The notes: generated from the letters alone by a model not told the origin. A stretch of DNA of 64,000 bases from Candidatus Thalassarchaeum betae (GCA_003193925.1 PSPG01000001.1:15494-79493), one strand, 5' to 3'; positions 28,043 through 38,357 are shown, numbered from the stretch's first letter. Numbers and translations are program-made.

Positions 28043-31000
28043 ATGGAAACTGGAAAGATGAGAAACAGCATAACGATGGTTCTTCTGATGATGATGAGCA
28101 CGTTCGCGGTGATGGAATTCCCAAAAGCCGAGGCGAGCGAGGTCGTGCTGACCGACGCCATACAGATCGTCAACGGCGGCTCCGCCAATGACAAAATGGT
28201 CACCGCAGATGCCGATTCCATGGGCAATGTGCACATCGTGTGGAGCCGCAACACCCAGCACCTCTGGTACCAGATGCACAATCCGAGAGGGGACGTGCTG
28301 ATTCTAGAGACCCAGATCTCCAACCCCGGAGCGCACCGAGCATGGCATCCCGACATCAGAGTCGATCACGACGACAACGTACACATCACCTGGACGGACA
28401 AGGCCGGTCAGTGGACGATCTTCTACACCATGCTCGATCCCTCGCAGGACGACCAGGACGGTGATTCCGCTGTGGACGCAGTGATAACGATCATCGACGA
28501 CTTCGAGGTCTCGGTGCATACCCAGAACAGGGACTGGCCCGCCATTGACGTCGATTCCGAGAACAACGCCCACATCGTCTGGGAGGATTCGTTCGAGCCA
28601 TTGGACAAGTACTACCAGCAGCCTCAGATTTACTACTCGATGATCGAGCCAGACCTGCAGTCCCGCGAAGCAATCGTGGCTGTCGGCGAGACGCTACTCA
28701 CCCCAATCATCGGCCACAAGGGCCACCCCGACGTGGCCGTGGACGCCGATGACTTCGTCCAGATCGTCTGGGACGATACCAGAGGCGGAAAGGTCGAGAT
28801 CGTGGCACCTATCGACACCTCCGGCTCGATGAACACCGAGTGGGCCGACATGTGCGTCGTCTTCTATGGCGGCTACTTCGCCAGCGGCGGCTTCTTCGAG
28901 GGCCTCAAGCCGATGCTTTTGAGAGCCAACATGACAGTCTACGAGACCCTCTACGCTCTCAGCGGCAACTGGCCGGCCGCTGCCACCAGCGGCAATTGCG
29001 CCGCTGCTTACCAGACCGGAGGCTCCGGTGGCCAGGGACCGCGTTCGACCCCCCTCGGGCTGGTTCCCGGAGACGACTCCGGCGGAATCAGGGAGCTGAC
29101 TGAGGTAGTCTACAACGGCGGCGCAGTCAATCTGCCTCAGGATGGTGGCTACTACAGCGAATTCTGGGGCCCCGGCTCCAATTGGGCTTGTTTGTCGTGG
29201 CGAGACGCCCAAGGCAACGTCCCAGGCAATCCTCCGACCCAGTTGGATCACCACTGGAATCCCAACGCGACCAAGATCGTCATCCCGATCTCCGACGAGG
29301 GCCCGTACGGCGGCGACCCCGCGCAGCAGTCAGATGACACCCAGAGCATCAACGAGGCTCACGACGCCTGCGTCATCGCCGGCATCATCCCGGTCCCACT
29401 GCTCGCTGCCGGATTCGGGGCTGGCTCCACAAACGTCGGCTCCCACATGATGGACCTCGCCCAGTGCCCGAACGGCTTCATCAGCCTAGGCACGAGGACA
29501 TGCCCCGGGACCAACACGCGTCTGACCGATGCCGAGGGGATGATGTACAGCTTCCCGACGTCCTCTTCGAACTCGGCCGAGTTGCAGCTGATGGTCGAAG
29601 CCATGGTCTACCTGTCCACGAACAACTCGCGAGAGATATTCATGACAGTTCTAGACCCCCTCTCCCTCCTGCAGAACCCGCCTCCGACTTGGCAGAAGGG
29701 CGACTCGGGAACCTTCGTCGACTACACTGCTGACAGGTACATCGAGGACATCGGCCCATCCATCGACGGCCTCGGCTACGGCAACCTGGTTGTTGTCAAC
29801 GACACCAGAATCACCCTCAACGACGCCTACAGCCTCCATCCGGCGATTTCGGTCGACACCTCCGGCAACACCCACCTCGCTTGGATGGACGGGCGCGCCT
29901 ACGGCTTCGACATCGACGTCAATTACGAAATCTACTACACCCGTCTGCGACTGAGGGGAGCGGGCGAGTGGGATGGCGCCCCGGACGGACTGCCTTCCTA
30001 CGGAATCAAGCAGATTGTCGATTCGGCGGTCTCCGAAGTCGAGGGAATCGACGGGATCCCGACGGACCTGCCGTTCGGAGCCAATTCGCACATGCCTGCG
30101 ATAATCACGGACTCGTTCGACAACGTGCACCTCTCGTGGCTGGACAATTACAATGGGACTCAGGGTGAGACCGTCGTCTACACTAAGCTAAACCACACCA
30201 ACGACGACTACCCCGAAGGCTTCCCGCTGAACTCACTCGCAGCCGGCATCCTCGACCCGTGGGAGATCATCCCCATCACCGAGTGGCAGTCTGACAAACT
30301 GGGCCCGAACTCTCCGGCCGTCCCCGACCTCGGCCAGCCCCCGGCATTCGCCAATGACCTAGGCAGCGGGGCCCACATCGCTTGGTCAGACACCAACAAG
30401 TGCAGCGAAATAAGCAACGGCGGCTCCTACACGCTGTGCTACGTACACGTCCTGACCGGTCTCGTCGAGGTCGCCCTCGACGAGACCGAGACCTACTACC
30501 ACACTATCGAGCCCGGCGAGCAGACTCTGTACAACATGACGATCTCGAACCCGACCCCCGGGCCGGCAGAACTGGTCGCCGACACGTTCACCGTGACCCT
30601 GGAGGGGGTCCCTAACAACTGGACCGCTACTCTGTTCTTCACCACGAATCACACACCGATATTCGACTCTACTCCGGTATTCCTCCGAGGAGGTGACGTG
30701 GTTCCGATGTACATGCGTGTCCGCGCTCCGTCAATCTATCAGGCGCACGGCGACGAGTTGGCAACGATTACGGTGTCTGCAGTGTCCTACAAGGACCCAG
30801 CCATACGAGACGAGAGGCTCACGCTGACGCTGATGGACGTGGTACATGGCATCAACCTCGATACCAGCCACTTCCAGGTCGATGTCGAACAGGGGCAGTC
30901 CGCGATATTCTCGATTACGGTGACGAATACAGGGAACGTGTACGATACCTTCGCCTTCTACGATCCATCCACTTTAGAGGGTCAGGTCGAATGGGCCCTG

Positions 31001-33124
31001 CCATTCGGTTGGGGGATCTCCTTCCCGACCTCGTTATCTTTAGACCCGGGTCAGTCGATAACACGCAACCTGCAGATCAGTGTACCCACCTCCCAGGAGC
31101 CGGGGACCTTCGTAATCTACCTGAAGGGATGGTCCACTGGAGAGCCTGTGCTGTCCATCGACCAAGGGACCTTCGACGTCCTCGAGCTGTGGATCAATGT
31201 CTCGATCAAGAGCACCGGCAACATCGTGTTCCAACTGGGTGACACCACCCAGTACGTTTTGCCTGGCGACTGCTCGGAATTCGATATACAAGTCACCAAG
31301 CACTTCACTCCCGGTCACCTGATATTCACCACACCCGGAGGCCCTGAGGAAAGGCCTCCGGAGATCTCCGAGCAGACATGGAGATTCGACCACTGGACCG
31401 TCGACTTGGACTTCTCCGAAGCACCGGGAGGCAATGGGATACCCGATTACTCACCTCGTTACTGGTCCATAATCGACACACCGTTCACGGTCACGGCAAT
31501 CATGTGCGCGCCGTACAACGCCACTGCCGGCTTGGGTGACTCGGTCTCTGTGAAGGCCCATCTCCAAGGCGCGCCACGCGTACGCGACTCCGTGGTCCTG
31601 CTGACGAACGTGGTTCAGGAGTACATCCTCGAGGCGAGCGTCCCCGAGACCATACTCGCATTGCACCCAGGGCAGTCCTATCAGCTGGATACCACCGTCG
31701 AGAACAAGGGCAACGGGGCCGACAGATACGACATCACCGTGGCCTCGATTACCGATTCGTTCGGAGGCTCGCACGTCTGGGACGTAGAAATCCCAAGGAT
31801 ACTGTTCCAAGAGCTGGATCGTGACGAATCGCAGACCGTCCCAATCCTCCTCAACGTTCCCGAGATGACCCATGCAGGCCAGTACACTGTGATTCTGAAT
31901 GTCCTCAGCGAGGAGGCCTACGAGGGCACTAAACTGCGTGACACCATCGAGTTGCAAGTCGAGGTCGTGGAGTTCCACGACATGAGGATCGAAGTCGATC
32001 CGTTGGTCGAGAGTCGAATCAAGACGACTGCTCCCGGTAGAATCGTCAGATTCACCATGAACGTCACCAATTTCGGCAACATGCCCGACCAGCCCACTCT
32101 GCACAACCACACGATAGTCATCGGCGCGGGCTGGGACACCGTGCCCGGCATGAACACGCTGAGCGACTGGCAGATTTCCTTCGCACTGCTCGAGGACTTC
32201 AACACGGAGTACCCGACCGAGAAGCCCTGCGTCGCTCTGATGCTGGGCGATCAGGTACCTACCGAGGGTTGCTACCTCGATGCGACTACCAACGCTGTCA
32301 CCCTGCCAATGATGGAGGCATACTCCACTCTGCAAATCGTCGTGATAATCGCAATCGACCCAACCGCGTCTCTGTCTAACAGGGAGATTGGAATCAAAGT
32401 CCTCTCGTCATTCGGCTCGGCTGAAGCCGGAGGAGACTACGACGAGACCGCGGTGTGGGACGACTCCTGCACACTCGACGAGAACAAGGACGGACTCCCG
32501 GACAACTACCCCCCGAACTGCGATACCAACGAGCAAATCGTCGAGTTGCGCCTGCGAGCGCCGGATTTGAAGATACTCGATGTTGATGTGGTGACCTATA
32601 CCGGCGATGTCGGAGAGATGCTATCGGTGAACGTACAAGTCGTCAACGTTGGCAACGCGCACGCCACAAACGTCAACATAATCCTCTGCGTCGACCAGTC
32701 TAAGTCCGACATCAAGAAGAACGGATGTGACGAGGGGAACATCGTCTACCGCCAGATCGTCCAAGCTATCATGCCTGCAAATGATGAGGATCCACCTCTA
32801 ATCGCCCTACTGTACATGGTCCAGGCCGGCAGGCACGATGTCGTCGTCGTGGTCGACCCAGACAATGTGATCGTTGAGACCGACGAGACCAACAACATTC
32901 AGAAGGTCTCTAAGAAGATGGGCTCCAATCTGGGCATTCTGGATGTCGGCATCGAAGTCATTGCTCAGTACTCCGTACCGGCCATCATCCTCGGTGCCAC
33001 CTTCGCCCTGATTGGCGTTGTCGGCGTGGTGATGTACGGACGCAGGATAGAGGCTCTCACTAGGTTCGCCGAGAAGAGCAGCCTAATCGCCAACCTCGAC
33101 GACGACGATGACATGGTCTTCTGA
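28043..33124 (+). CDS. Giant membrane-anchored surface protein: beta-propeller, inserted vWA domain, Ig-like/CARDB stalk, C-terminal TM
   Basis: Signal peptide; 7 repeats of P.I.VD...H[IL].W; DTSGS MIDAS; repeated V.N.GN..D Ig-like motifs; CARDB VDPDNVIVETDETNN; TM VPAIILGATFALIGVVGVVMYG. Confidence 0.8.
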   Translation: METGKMRNSITMVLLMMMSTFAVMEFPKAEASEVVLTDAIQIVNGGSANDKMVTADADSMGNVHIVWSRNTQHLWYQMHNPRGDVLILETQISNPGAHRAWHPDIRVDHDDNVHITWTDKAGQWTIFYTMLDPSQDDQDGDSAVDAVITIIDDFEVSVHTQNRDWPAIDVDSENNAHIVWEDSFEPLDKYYQQPQIYYSMIEPDLQSREAIVAVGETLLTPIIGHKGHPDVAVDADDFVQIVWDDTRGGKVEIVAPIDTSGSMNTEWADMCVVFYGGYFASGGFFEGLKPMLLRANMTVYETLYALSGNWPAAATSGNCAAAYQTGGSGGQGPRSTPLGLVPGDDSGGIRELTEVVYNGGAVNLPQDGGYYSEFWGPGSNWACLSWRDAQGNVPGNPPTQLDHHWNPNATKIVIPISDEGPYGGDPAQQSDDTQSINEAHDACVIAGIIPVPLLAAGFGAGSTNVGSHMMDLAQCPNGFISLGTRTCPGTNTRLTDAEGMMYSFPTSSSNSAELQLMVEAMVYLSTNNSREIFMTVLDPLSLLQNPPPTWQKGDSGTFVDYTADRYIEDIGPSIDGLGYGNLVVVNDTRITLNDAYSLHPAISVDTSGNTHLAWMDGRAYGFDIDVNYEIYYTRLRLRGAGEWDGAPDGLPSYGIKQIVDSAVSEVEGIDGIPTDLPFGANSHMPAIITDSFDNVHLSWLDNYNGTQGETVVYTKLNHTNDDYPEGFPLNSLAAGILDPWEIIPITEWQSDKLGPNSPAVPDLGQPPAFANDLGSGAHIAWSDTNKCSEISNGGSYTLCYVHVLTGLVEVALDETETYYHTIEPGEQTLYNMTISNPTPGPAELVADTFTVTLEGVPNNWTATLFFTTNHTPIFDSTPVFLRGGDVVPMYMRVRAPSIYQAHGDELATITVSAVSYKDPAIRDERLTLTLMDVVHGINLDTSHFQVDVEQGQSAIFSITVTNTGNVYDTFAFYDPSTLEGQVEWALPFGWGISFPTSLSLDPGQSITRNLQISVPTSQEPGTFVIYLKGWSTGEPVLSIDQGTFDVLELWINVSIKSTGNIVFQLGDTTQYVLPGDCSEFDIQVTKHFTPGHLIFTTPGGPEERPPEISEQTWRFDHWTVDLDFSEAPGGNGIPDYSPRYWSIIDTPFTVTAIMCAPYNATAGLGDSVSVKAHLQGAPRVRDSVVLLTNVVQEYILEASVPETILALHPGQSYQLDTTVENKGNGADRYDITVASITDSFGGSHVWDVEIPRILFQELDRDESQTVPILLNVPEMTHAGQYTVILNVLSEEAYEGTKLRDTIELQVEVVEFHDMRIEVDPLVESRIKTTAPGRIVRFTMNVTNFGNMPDQPTLHNHTIVIGAGWDTVPGMNTLSDWQISFALLEDFNTEYPTEKPCVALMLGDQVPTEGCYLDATTNAVTLPMMEAYSTLQIVVIIAIDPTASLSNREIGIKVLSSFGSAEAGGDYDETAVWDDSCTLDENKDGLPDNYPPNCDTNEQIVELRLRAPDLKILDVDVVTYTGDVGEMLSVNVQVVNVGNAHATNVNIILCVDQSKSDIKKNGCDEGNIVYRQIVQAIMPANDEDPPLIALLYMVQAGRHDVVVVVDPDNVIVETDETNNIQKVSKKMGSNLGILDVGIEVIAQYSVPAIILGATFALIGVVGVVMYGRRIEALTRFAEKSSLIANLDDDDDMVF

Positions 33125-33127
33125 GAC

Positions 33128-33865
33128 TCAGCGCGCCAGCCACCAAGGCAGCGGCGTGCCCTCGCGGGCCGCCACGAGCCTGCCTTGGCTGGCTGCGAAG
33201 TCGCGCATCAGTCGCTCGCGCAGGCTCTCCATCATCTCCTCGGCGCGCATCGACTGGATGCGGAGCCTCTGGGAGAATATGTCCAGGTCCAAGGGTCTGC
33301 GAGGTTGGTTCATGATGGCATGCGCAAGCTGCCTCTCCTCGTAAGACTCCGAGTGCTCCGAAATGCTCGGCGAGACCTTGCGCATGACCTGCTGGTGCAG
33401 AGCGATCACAGCATCCCTATGCTCGTCTATGCGCTCTAGGGCCGAATCAAGCTCGGCTAGGATCCCGATAGCCTCGACCATAGGCAGTTTACGCCGGGTG
33501 CCTAGTCGGTCAACGACGCTGTCCAATTCCCTCGGAAGCCTGTGAGACAGGCGCATTGGACCTCCGGCTGGTATCTTCCTGTGCTCTGCGCGGAACAAGT
33601 CGGGACCGAGGTCAAGGCGCAGGGAGAACGATTGGTCGACCTTGTACATCTTCTTCGGAGGCCCTCCCTTCTCAGAGGGAACACGCTCGGAATCGACGAA
33701 TTCGGATTCCTCCAAGACTTTGAGGTGCTTGACGACCGCCTGCTGGCTCACATCCAGCAACTCGGAGAGTTGTAGGGGGTAGTGAGGCTCCTTCACCAAT
33801 CGTCTCAGAATCTGGCGACGAGTCGGGTTCTCCAGTATCGTGAGTGCCTCGTCGAAACTGACCAC
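33128..33865 (-). CDS. ArsR-type wHTH regulator, Phr/COG1777-like
   Basis: LENPTRRQIL...VSQQAVVKHLKVLEE...GGPPKKMY...LDLGPDLF followed by a coiled-coil-like region. Confidence 0.85.
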   Translation of the reverse strand: MVSFDEALTILENPTRRQILRRLVKEPHYPLQLSELLDVSQQAVVKHLKVLEESEFVDSERVPSEKGGPPKKMYKVDQSFSLRLDLGPDLFRAEHRKIPAGGPMRLSHRLPRELDSVVDRLGTRRKLPMVEAIGILAELDSALERIDEHRDAVIALHQQVMRKVSPSISEHSESYEERQLAHAIMNQPRRPLDLDIFSQRLRIQSMRAEEMMESLRERLMRDFAASQGRLVAAREGTPLPWWLAR

Positions 33866-33871
33866 TGGCTT

Positions 33872-33888
33872 CCCAACCTAAGGTTGGG
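33872..33888. promoter_or_regulatory. Perfect 8-1-8 inverted repeat, candidate operator
   Basis: CCCAACCT-A-AGGTTGGG, 6 nt upstream of the regulator start codon. Confidence 0.5.
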
Positions 33889-33954
33889 TAGTCGAAGGCC
33901 ATTAAAAACCCAACTTGAGCATAGGATAATATCTGACGAACTAGTAAAACTGCC

Positions 33955-34248
33955 ATGGGAACCGGGAAGACGGTAATAGTCACAGTACTAGTCATCGCAG
34001 GATTGCTGATGCTGGCTTTGTCCTTTGTTGCTTCAATAATAGTTGATAACATTGATCAGAGGATTGCAGATGGATGCGAAGACGAGGCAGGCACAATTGG
34101 AGAAGCTCTCAATCTTGATGAGGGCCAGTGTCAAGACGGTCGCGACATGAGAGACAAAATTGATCCCTTTGGTCAGATGATTGGCTATCTAGGCGCGGCA
34201 GTTCTTGTGATATCAGTGATCATGGTCGCAATCAGGAAGAAGCAGTAA
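33955..34248 (+). CDS. Small two-TM protein with lower GC than its neighbours
   Basis: Two hydrophobic helices flank an acidic loop with two Cys; many A/T-ending codons. Confidence 0.7.
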   Translation: MGTGKTVIVTVLVIAGLLMLALSFVASIIVDNIDQRIADGCEDEAGTIGEALNLDEGQCQDGRDMRDKIDPFGQMIGYLGAAVLVISVIMVAIRKKQ

Positions 34249-34980
34249 TCAGCCTTCGTCCCAGCCGCGCCAGTCTGATTTCTCTTCCTCTCGCTGAGGC
34301 TCATCAGCGACCGGAACCTGACCCACGAATGGATCGGGAACGTCCCGCTCTACCTCGCTTTGGGGCAGGCCGCGATACTCCCGGTACAGCTCGTCTGTGG
34401 TGGGAAGCCTGCCTTCGGAGGGGATGATTACCGGAGAGCCGCCCTTCTTGGCGCGCCTCCAATCGATGATGGCCAGAAAGAGAGCCACCCCTGCAAGTGG
34501 CAGCCCCAAGGAGCAGCCGAGAAACATCAACACGAACCAACGATCCTTGAACAGCGCGGCTCCCGCCGAAACGTCGTCTACCAGCCACAGGGTGGAATCA
34601 CCGTCATTATGCAGTGTGTATGTACCCGCCTCAATTGCTGTGAATACTCTGACTGGCATGTAACTGGTCCCGTTCTCAGTGACACGCTTTGCTTCCCAGA
34701 CACCCGGAGTCGCACCCTCCTCTTCCTCTCCGGTGCTGTTGAGTAGCCTTAGCTCAGCCTCACCACCTCCCTCGATTCGCAGAGCGACATACTTCCCAGT
34801 CTCAGTCAGAGACACCTCACCGCTCTGCCCAGCCTCCAACTCCAAGAGGTGATTTTGCCCTGGATCCAGATTGTCATAGATCGAAGCCTCCGCTTGCCAG
34901 AGGGATATGACACCGATTAACAGCAGAAGGAAGGAAGCCCCAGCGAGACGCTTCGCCCAACGCATCGCTCCCCCGGTCAC
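34249..34980 (-). CDS. Hypothetical membrane protein
   Basis: N-terminal TM, beta-rich domain, second TM, acidic tail; start may be at MRWAKR. Confidence 0.7.
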   Translation of the reverse strand: MTGGAMRWAKRLAGASFLLLLIGVISLWQAEASIYDNLDPGQNHLLELEAGQSGEVSLTETGKYVALRIEGGGEAELRLLNSTGEEEEGATPGVWEAKRVTENGTSYMPVRVFTAIEAGTYTLHNDGDSTLWLVDDVSAGAALFKDRWFVLMFLGCSLGLPLAGVALFLAIIDWRRAKKGGSPVIIPSEGRLPTTDELYREYRGLPQSEVERDVPDPFVGQVPVADEPQREEEKSDWRGWDEG

Positions 34981-35018
34981 GTAGCGAGGTGATGGCGTTG
35001 CGCTATCAGGCTTCTCAA

Positions 35019-36134
35019 TCAGTATCCAAGCCCCACATCCGGATGAGCGAGCTTCTCAGGCAGATAGGTGTCAGTGACGAAGTCCAGACCATACTTCGCA
35101 AGTGACTGCTGCTCGGCCTTCTTCCCCATCTCCTGCATCATCTCAATCTGCTGCTGCCACCATCCGGTCGAGAATCGGGGATCGCTCAGTTCGGCCTTGA
35201 GCGCCCCAAGATCCTGCTTCGACAAGTCGTCACTCGGCAGGTCGTAGGCGAGTATGTCGTCCGCGGTAATCCCTAGGTAGGTCGCGCCCTTTGTCGCGAG
35301 GTACTCTGAGATGTGCGCAGTCTTGATGGCGCCGTATGCTATGCTCGCATAGATGCGGAACGACCACGGGTCGCAGTCGGTGAACACGATGATCGGCTTC
35401 TTCCACTCGTCACTCATTCGCCGCATTATTCGACGGGTCGAGCGCGCAGGCTGACCCTTCAGATGAATCAGTGCACACCGAGCCTCCTCGTCGAAACCGT
35501 TCTCGATGAGTCGGTCGAACATACCACCGGTCTCTATGGCCATGACGAAGTCGATATCCTGCTCGATCAGCCTGAGCTTCTTCGACTCGACATTGTATGG
35601 AACGCCGTAGCCGGAATCCCCGACGTCGTCGCGGCAGTTGATGCGCATCCAGTCCCCACGGCGGTTTCGCTCCTCGAAGGTCACGTTACCTATGATTCTG
35701 GCACCGTCCTCCTCAGGCCTGAGTCGGAAGTCCTCGCGCAGGCACTTGGTGACGATCTCCAAGTCCTCGGCGAGGTTGTTGCTCTCATTCTGAGAGTGGA
35801 ACTTCCCATTACCCCAGCCCTCGGAGATGTAGTACATCTCCCTGAGAGTCGAGGACTTGCCGGCATGAATCATCTCTTCGATGAACTCTGTGACATGCAG
35901 TGAACGGAGAAGCTGCCTAGCGGAGCCGAGACTGGTTGCGTCTCGCACGGTCTTCTTCTTGCCGTACTTGTAGACTCCGAGCTTCTGATCGAAGGCGATG
36001 TTGCTCTTCGAGCGCACGGGCAGCGTCATGGTCGGGGGTTTCCCCTTGACCATCCTGTCATGCATCTCGGAGGCGACGCCGTGCAGCGCCTGAATCACCT
36101 CCTCCTTCGACTTCTCTGGGCTGGAGATGCTCAC
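35019..36134 (-). CDS. top6A: DNA topoisomerase VI subunit A
   Basis: TLREMYY (catalytic Tyr), AIETGGMF, KGQP.R.TR, TDCDPW TOPRIM, KAEQQ. Confidence 0.97.
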   Translation of the reverse strand: MSISSPEKSKEEVIQALHGVASEMHDRMVKGKPPTMTLPVRSKSNIAFDQKLGVYKYGKKKTVRDATSLGSARQLLRSLHVTEFIEEMIHAGKSSTLREMYYISEGWGNGKFHSQNESNNLAEDLEIVTKCLREDFRLRPEEDGARIIGNVTFEERNRRGDWMRINCRDDVGDSGYGVPYNVESKKLRLIEQDIDFVMAIETGGMFDRLIENGFDEEARCALIHLKGQPARSTRRIMRRMSDEWKKPIIVFTDCDPWSFRIYASIAYGAIKTAHISEYLATKGATYLGITADDILAYDLPSDDLSKQDLGALKAELSDPRFSTGWWQQQIEMMQEMGKKAEQQSLAKYGLDFVTDTYLPEKLAHPDVGLGY

Positions 36135-38212
36135 TCACCCCCCTCCTGATTAGGGACCCAGTCCAATGATCCTGGATCCACTGGTGTGGATTCTTGTTCT
36201 GGATCATCCCGGAGGTTCTCCTCAGCTCTCTCGGCCAGTGGGCCGATTCCAGATTCTGCCTTGCGCACCTCCTCCTCAGCAGCACTCAGAGCCTCCCTGT
36301 TCCTCATCTCCTCCAGCAGTTTCTCGTCAATTTTAGTGGCTCCGATGATATCCCCGTTTCCTCGGAAGAAGATGTCAGTATCACTCCATTGTCCCTTGCT
36401 GAGCCCTGAAAGTGAGAATGAGATGGTGGCCGAGGTGCCCGGATTCAGCGTGTCGAGCCTCCAGGCCCACAGCCCATGAGCCTCCTTTCTACCCCCTAGG
36501 GGATTGTTCTCCATCGCCACGTAATCCGATTCGGGCCACTTGGCCAGTATGGTGTATGCCCGGGCTCTGGCTGTGTAGTTGAGCACGGTTATGTCGCAGG
36601 TAGCGAGCCTTCGCTCTTTGTCCCAGCCGAGCTCCTCCTCGCAGAACACTGCGTTCATAATCTGGGTGATGATGGGTGCAAGGTTTGGCTCCTCTCTGTT
36701 GAGGAGTTGCGAGGATTTCCGGGAGATCTCGGGCAGAATGACGTTAATCAACTCGAACTTCTCCTGTGCCTTCTTGCGCTGCGAACTCTTCTTCAGGTGA
36801 CTCTTCAGTCCGCGTCCGACCTCTAATAGAGCCCTCCTGATTTCCTCTAGGACCTCCTCGTTAACGGCCACGGCCTCCTTGGCTTCGCTGGTGAACTGCA
36901 CATTGGTCGAAGCCAAGTGGATGAGCACCGCGGCCGGCCCCTTCGGGATTCCACGGCCACCCGGCTGTTCCAGCCCATAGCGCTTCCAGTCTATCGATTC
37001 CAGCGCTTTGGTCAGCAGGCAGCCGCCCTGTTGGTACATCAGGGGAACCCGATTGGCGAATCTGAGAATCTCAATCGGGCTGTCAGCGGCGAGGTCACCG
37101 CCGAAAACCAAACCAATCTCGACTTGGAACGGGTTCCCCTGAGTGACTTGTGGATCTCTTGTGACTGTAGAGGCGAAGCGGGAGTCGATCGCCTTGGATA
37201 GGCTCTTTTTAATCAGGAGGTCCTCGATAGGAGAGAGGCAATCCGTGGGCGGGTTGAGGAGTTTCACCTTCTGGAAGCAATCCAGGATGAGTTGAGCCTC
37301 CTCGGCTCTGATTCTGCGAGGCTGCCGACTCTCGTCCAGTCCAGCCTTCTCGAGTATCTCCCTCGCGGCCCTCATGCTGACGCCCGAGAAGTTGTGCCTC
37401 AGGAATGAGGTCATCTTCCTCTCCTCAGCCTCGCGGAGCATTCTCTGGAGGGTTCCGAGATGTATTCCGTGTGGGTGCGGCTTGATCTCCGTGACCACCC
37501 TGGGGAGCTTGTCAGTGGTCCTGGGCCAGTTTCCTGCGTCGATGATCCCGCCGTCCCTGTCTCGAACCGTTAGCGTGATTGTCGCGTGCGGGTTCACAAT
37601 CGAAGTCATTCTGAGGTACTGATGCACGGATTGTCGGCCCCGTTGGTACTTGGCGTTCATCACAGTCTGCAGTCGCAGACCGTGACTGACCTCCTCCCCC
37701 GTGACGTCGTCGATCCAGATGTCCCTGATCTCCCCGGACTTGATCGCCCTGTTCTTCTTAGTGTCTATCCCCAAGTCGACGAAGACCGCCGAGGAGTCGC
37801 CCTCCACCTTCGAGACCACGCGTGTCTTCGCGCCGGTCGTAAGTTGGCTGTACATCACAACGCCCGTGATGCCGATTCCCTGCTGCCCTCGTGTCTGCCG
37901 GATGGCATGGAATCTTGAGCCGAGCAGGAACTTGCCGAACACATGCTCGATGGAACTTCTCGGGATGCCCGGACCGTTGTCCTGAGCGATTAATTCGATC
38001 CGGTCGCCCTTGAGACGACTTACCTCGATTCTGATCTCGGGGAGGATTCGCTCCTCCTCGCAAGCGTCGAGTGAGTTGTCCACCGATTCCTTAACTGCGG
38101 TGATGATGGCTCGGTGTAAGGAATCAAAGCCCAGAAAGTGTTTGTTCTTCTCGAAGAATTCGCTAATCGCAATCTGCCTCTGTTTTCCAGTTGATGGTTT
38201 TCCTTCGCTCAT
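36131..38212 (-). CDS. top6B: DNA topoisomerase VI subunit B
   Basis: SEFFEKN..LGF, KESVDNSLDACE, DNGPGI, RGQQGIG, RFANRVPL; GGAGG before ATG 38212. Confidence 0.97.
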   Translation of the reverse strand: MSEGKPSTGKQRQIAISEFFEKNKHFLGFDSLHRAIITAVKESVDNSLDACEEERILPEIRIEVSRLKGDRIELIAQDNGPGIPRSSIEHVFGKFLLGSRFHAIRQTRGQQGIGITGVVMYSQLTTGAKTRVVSKVEGDSSAVFVDLGIDTKKNRAIKSGEIRDIWIDDVTGEEVSHGLRLQTVMNAKYQRGRQSVHQYLRMTSIVNPHATITLTVRDRDGGIIDAGNWPRTTDKLPRVVTEIKPHPHGIHLGTLQRMLREAEERKMTSFLRHNFSGVSMRAAREILEKAGLDESRQPRRIRAEEAQLILDCFQKVKLLNPPTDCLSPIEDLLIKKSLSKAIDSRFASTVTRDPQVTQGNPFQVEIGLVFGGDLAADSPIEILRFANRVPLMYQQGGCLLTKALESIDWKRYGLEQPGGRGIPKGPAAVLIHLASTNVQFTSEAKEAVAVNEEVLEEIRRALLEVGRGLKSHLKKSSQRKKAQEKFELINVILPEISRKSSQLLNREEPNLAPIITQIMNAVFCEEELGWDKERRLATCDITVLNYTARARAYTILAKWPESDYVAMENNPLGGRKEAHGLWAWRLDTLNPGTSATISFSLSGLSKGQWSDTDIFFRGNGDIIGATKIDEKLLEEMRNREALSAAEEEVRKAESGIGPLAERAEENLRDDPEQESTPVDPGSLDWVPNQEGGE

Positions 38213-38357
38213 CCGCAACCCTCCACCAGGTCCTCCCAATACCCGAATGGCACGGGGCCTGCTTGTGGTAAGTCGTAGCGGCCACGGCTGTCTATTCAAT
38301 CTACTCGTTCGGAGGGGGGTGTTGCACTCGCAAAGTGAAGGCCATCCCATGATTCGC

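Noticed and set aside
31451-32335. Long antisense or alternate-frame ORFs (also 14073-14912, 54167-55045, 8939-9661)
   Set aside because: Expected shadows of GC-rich coding genes; no recognisable motifs
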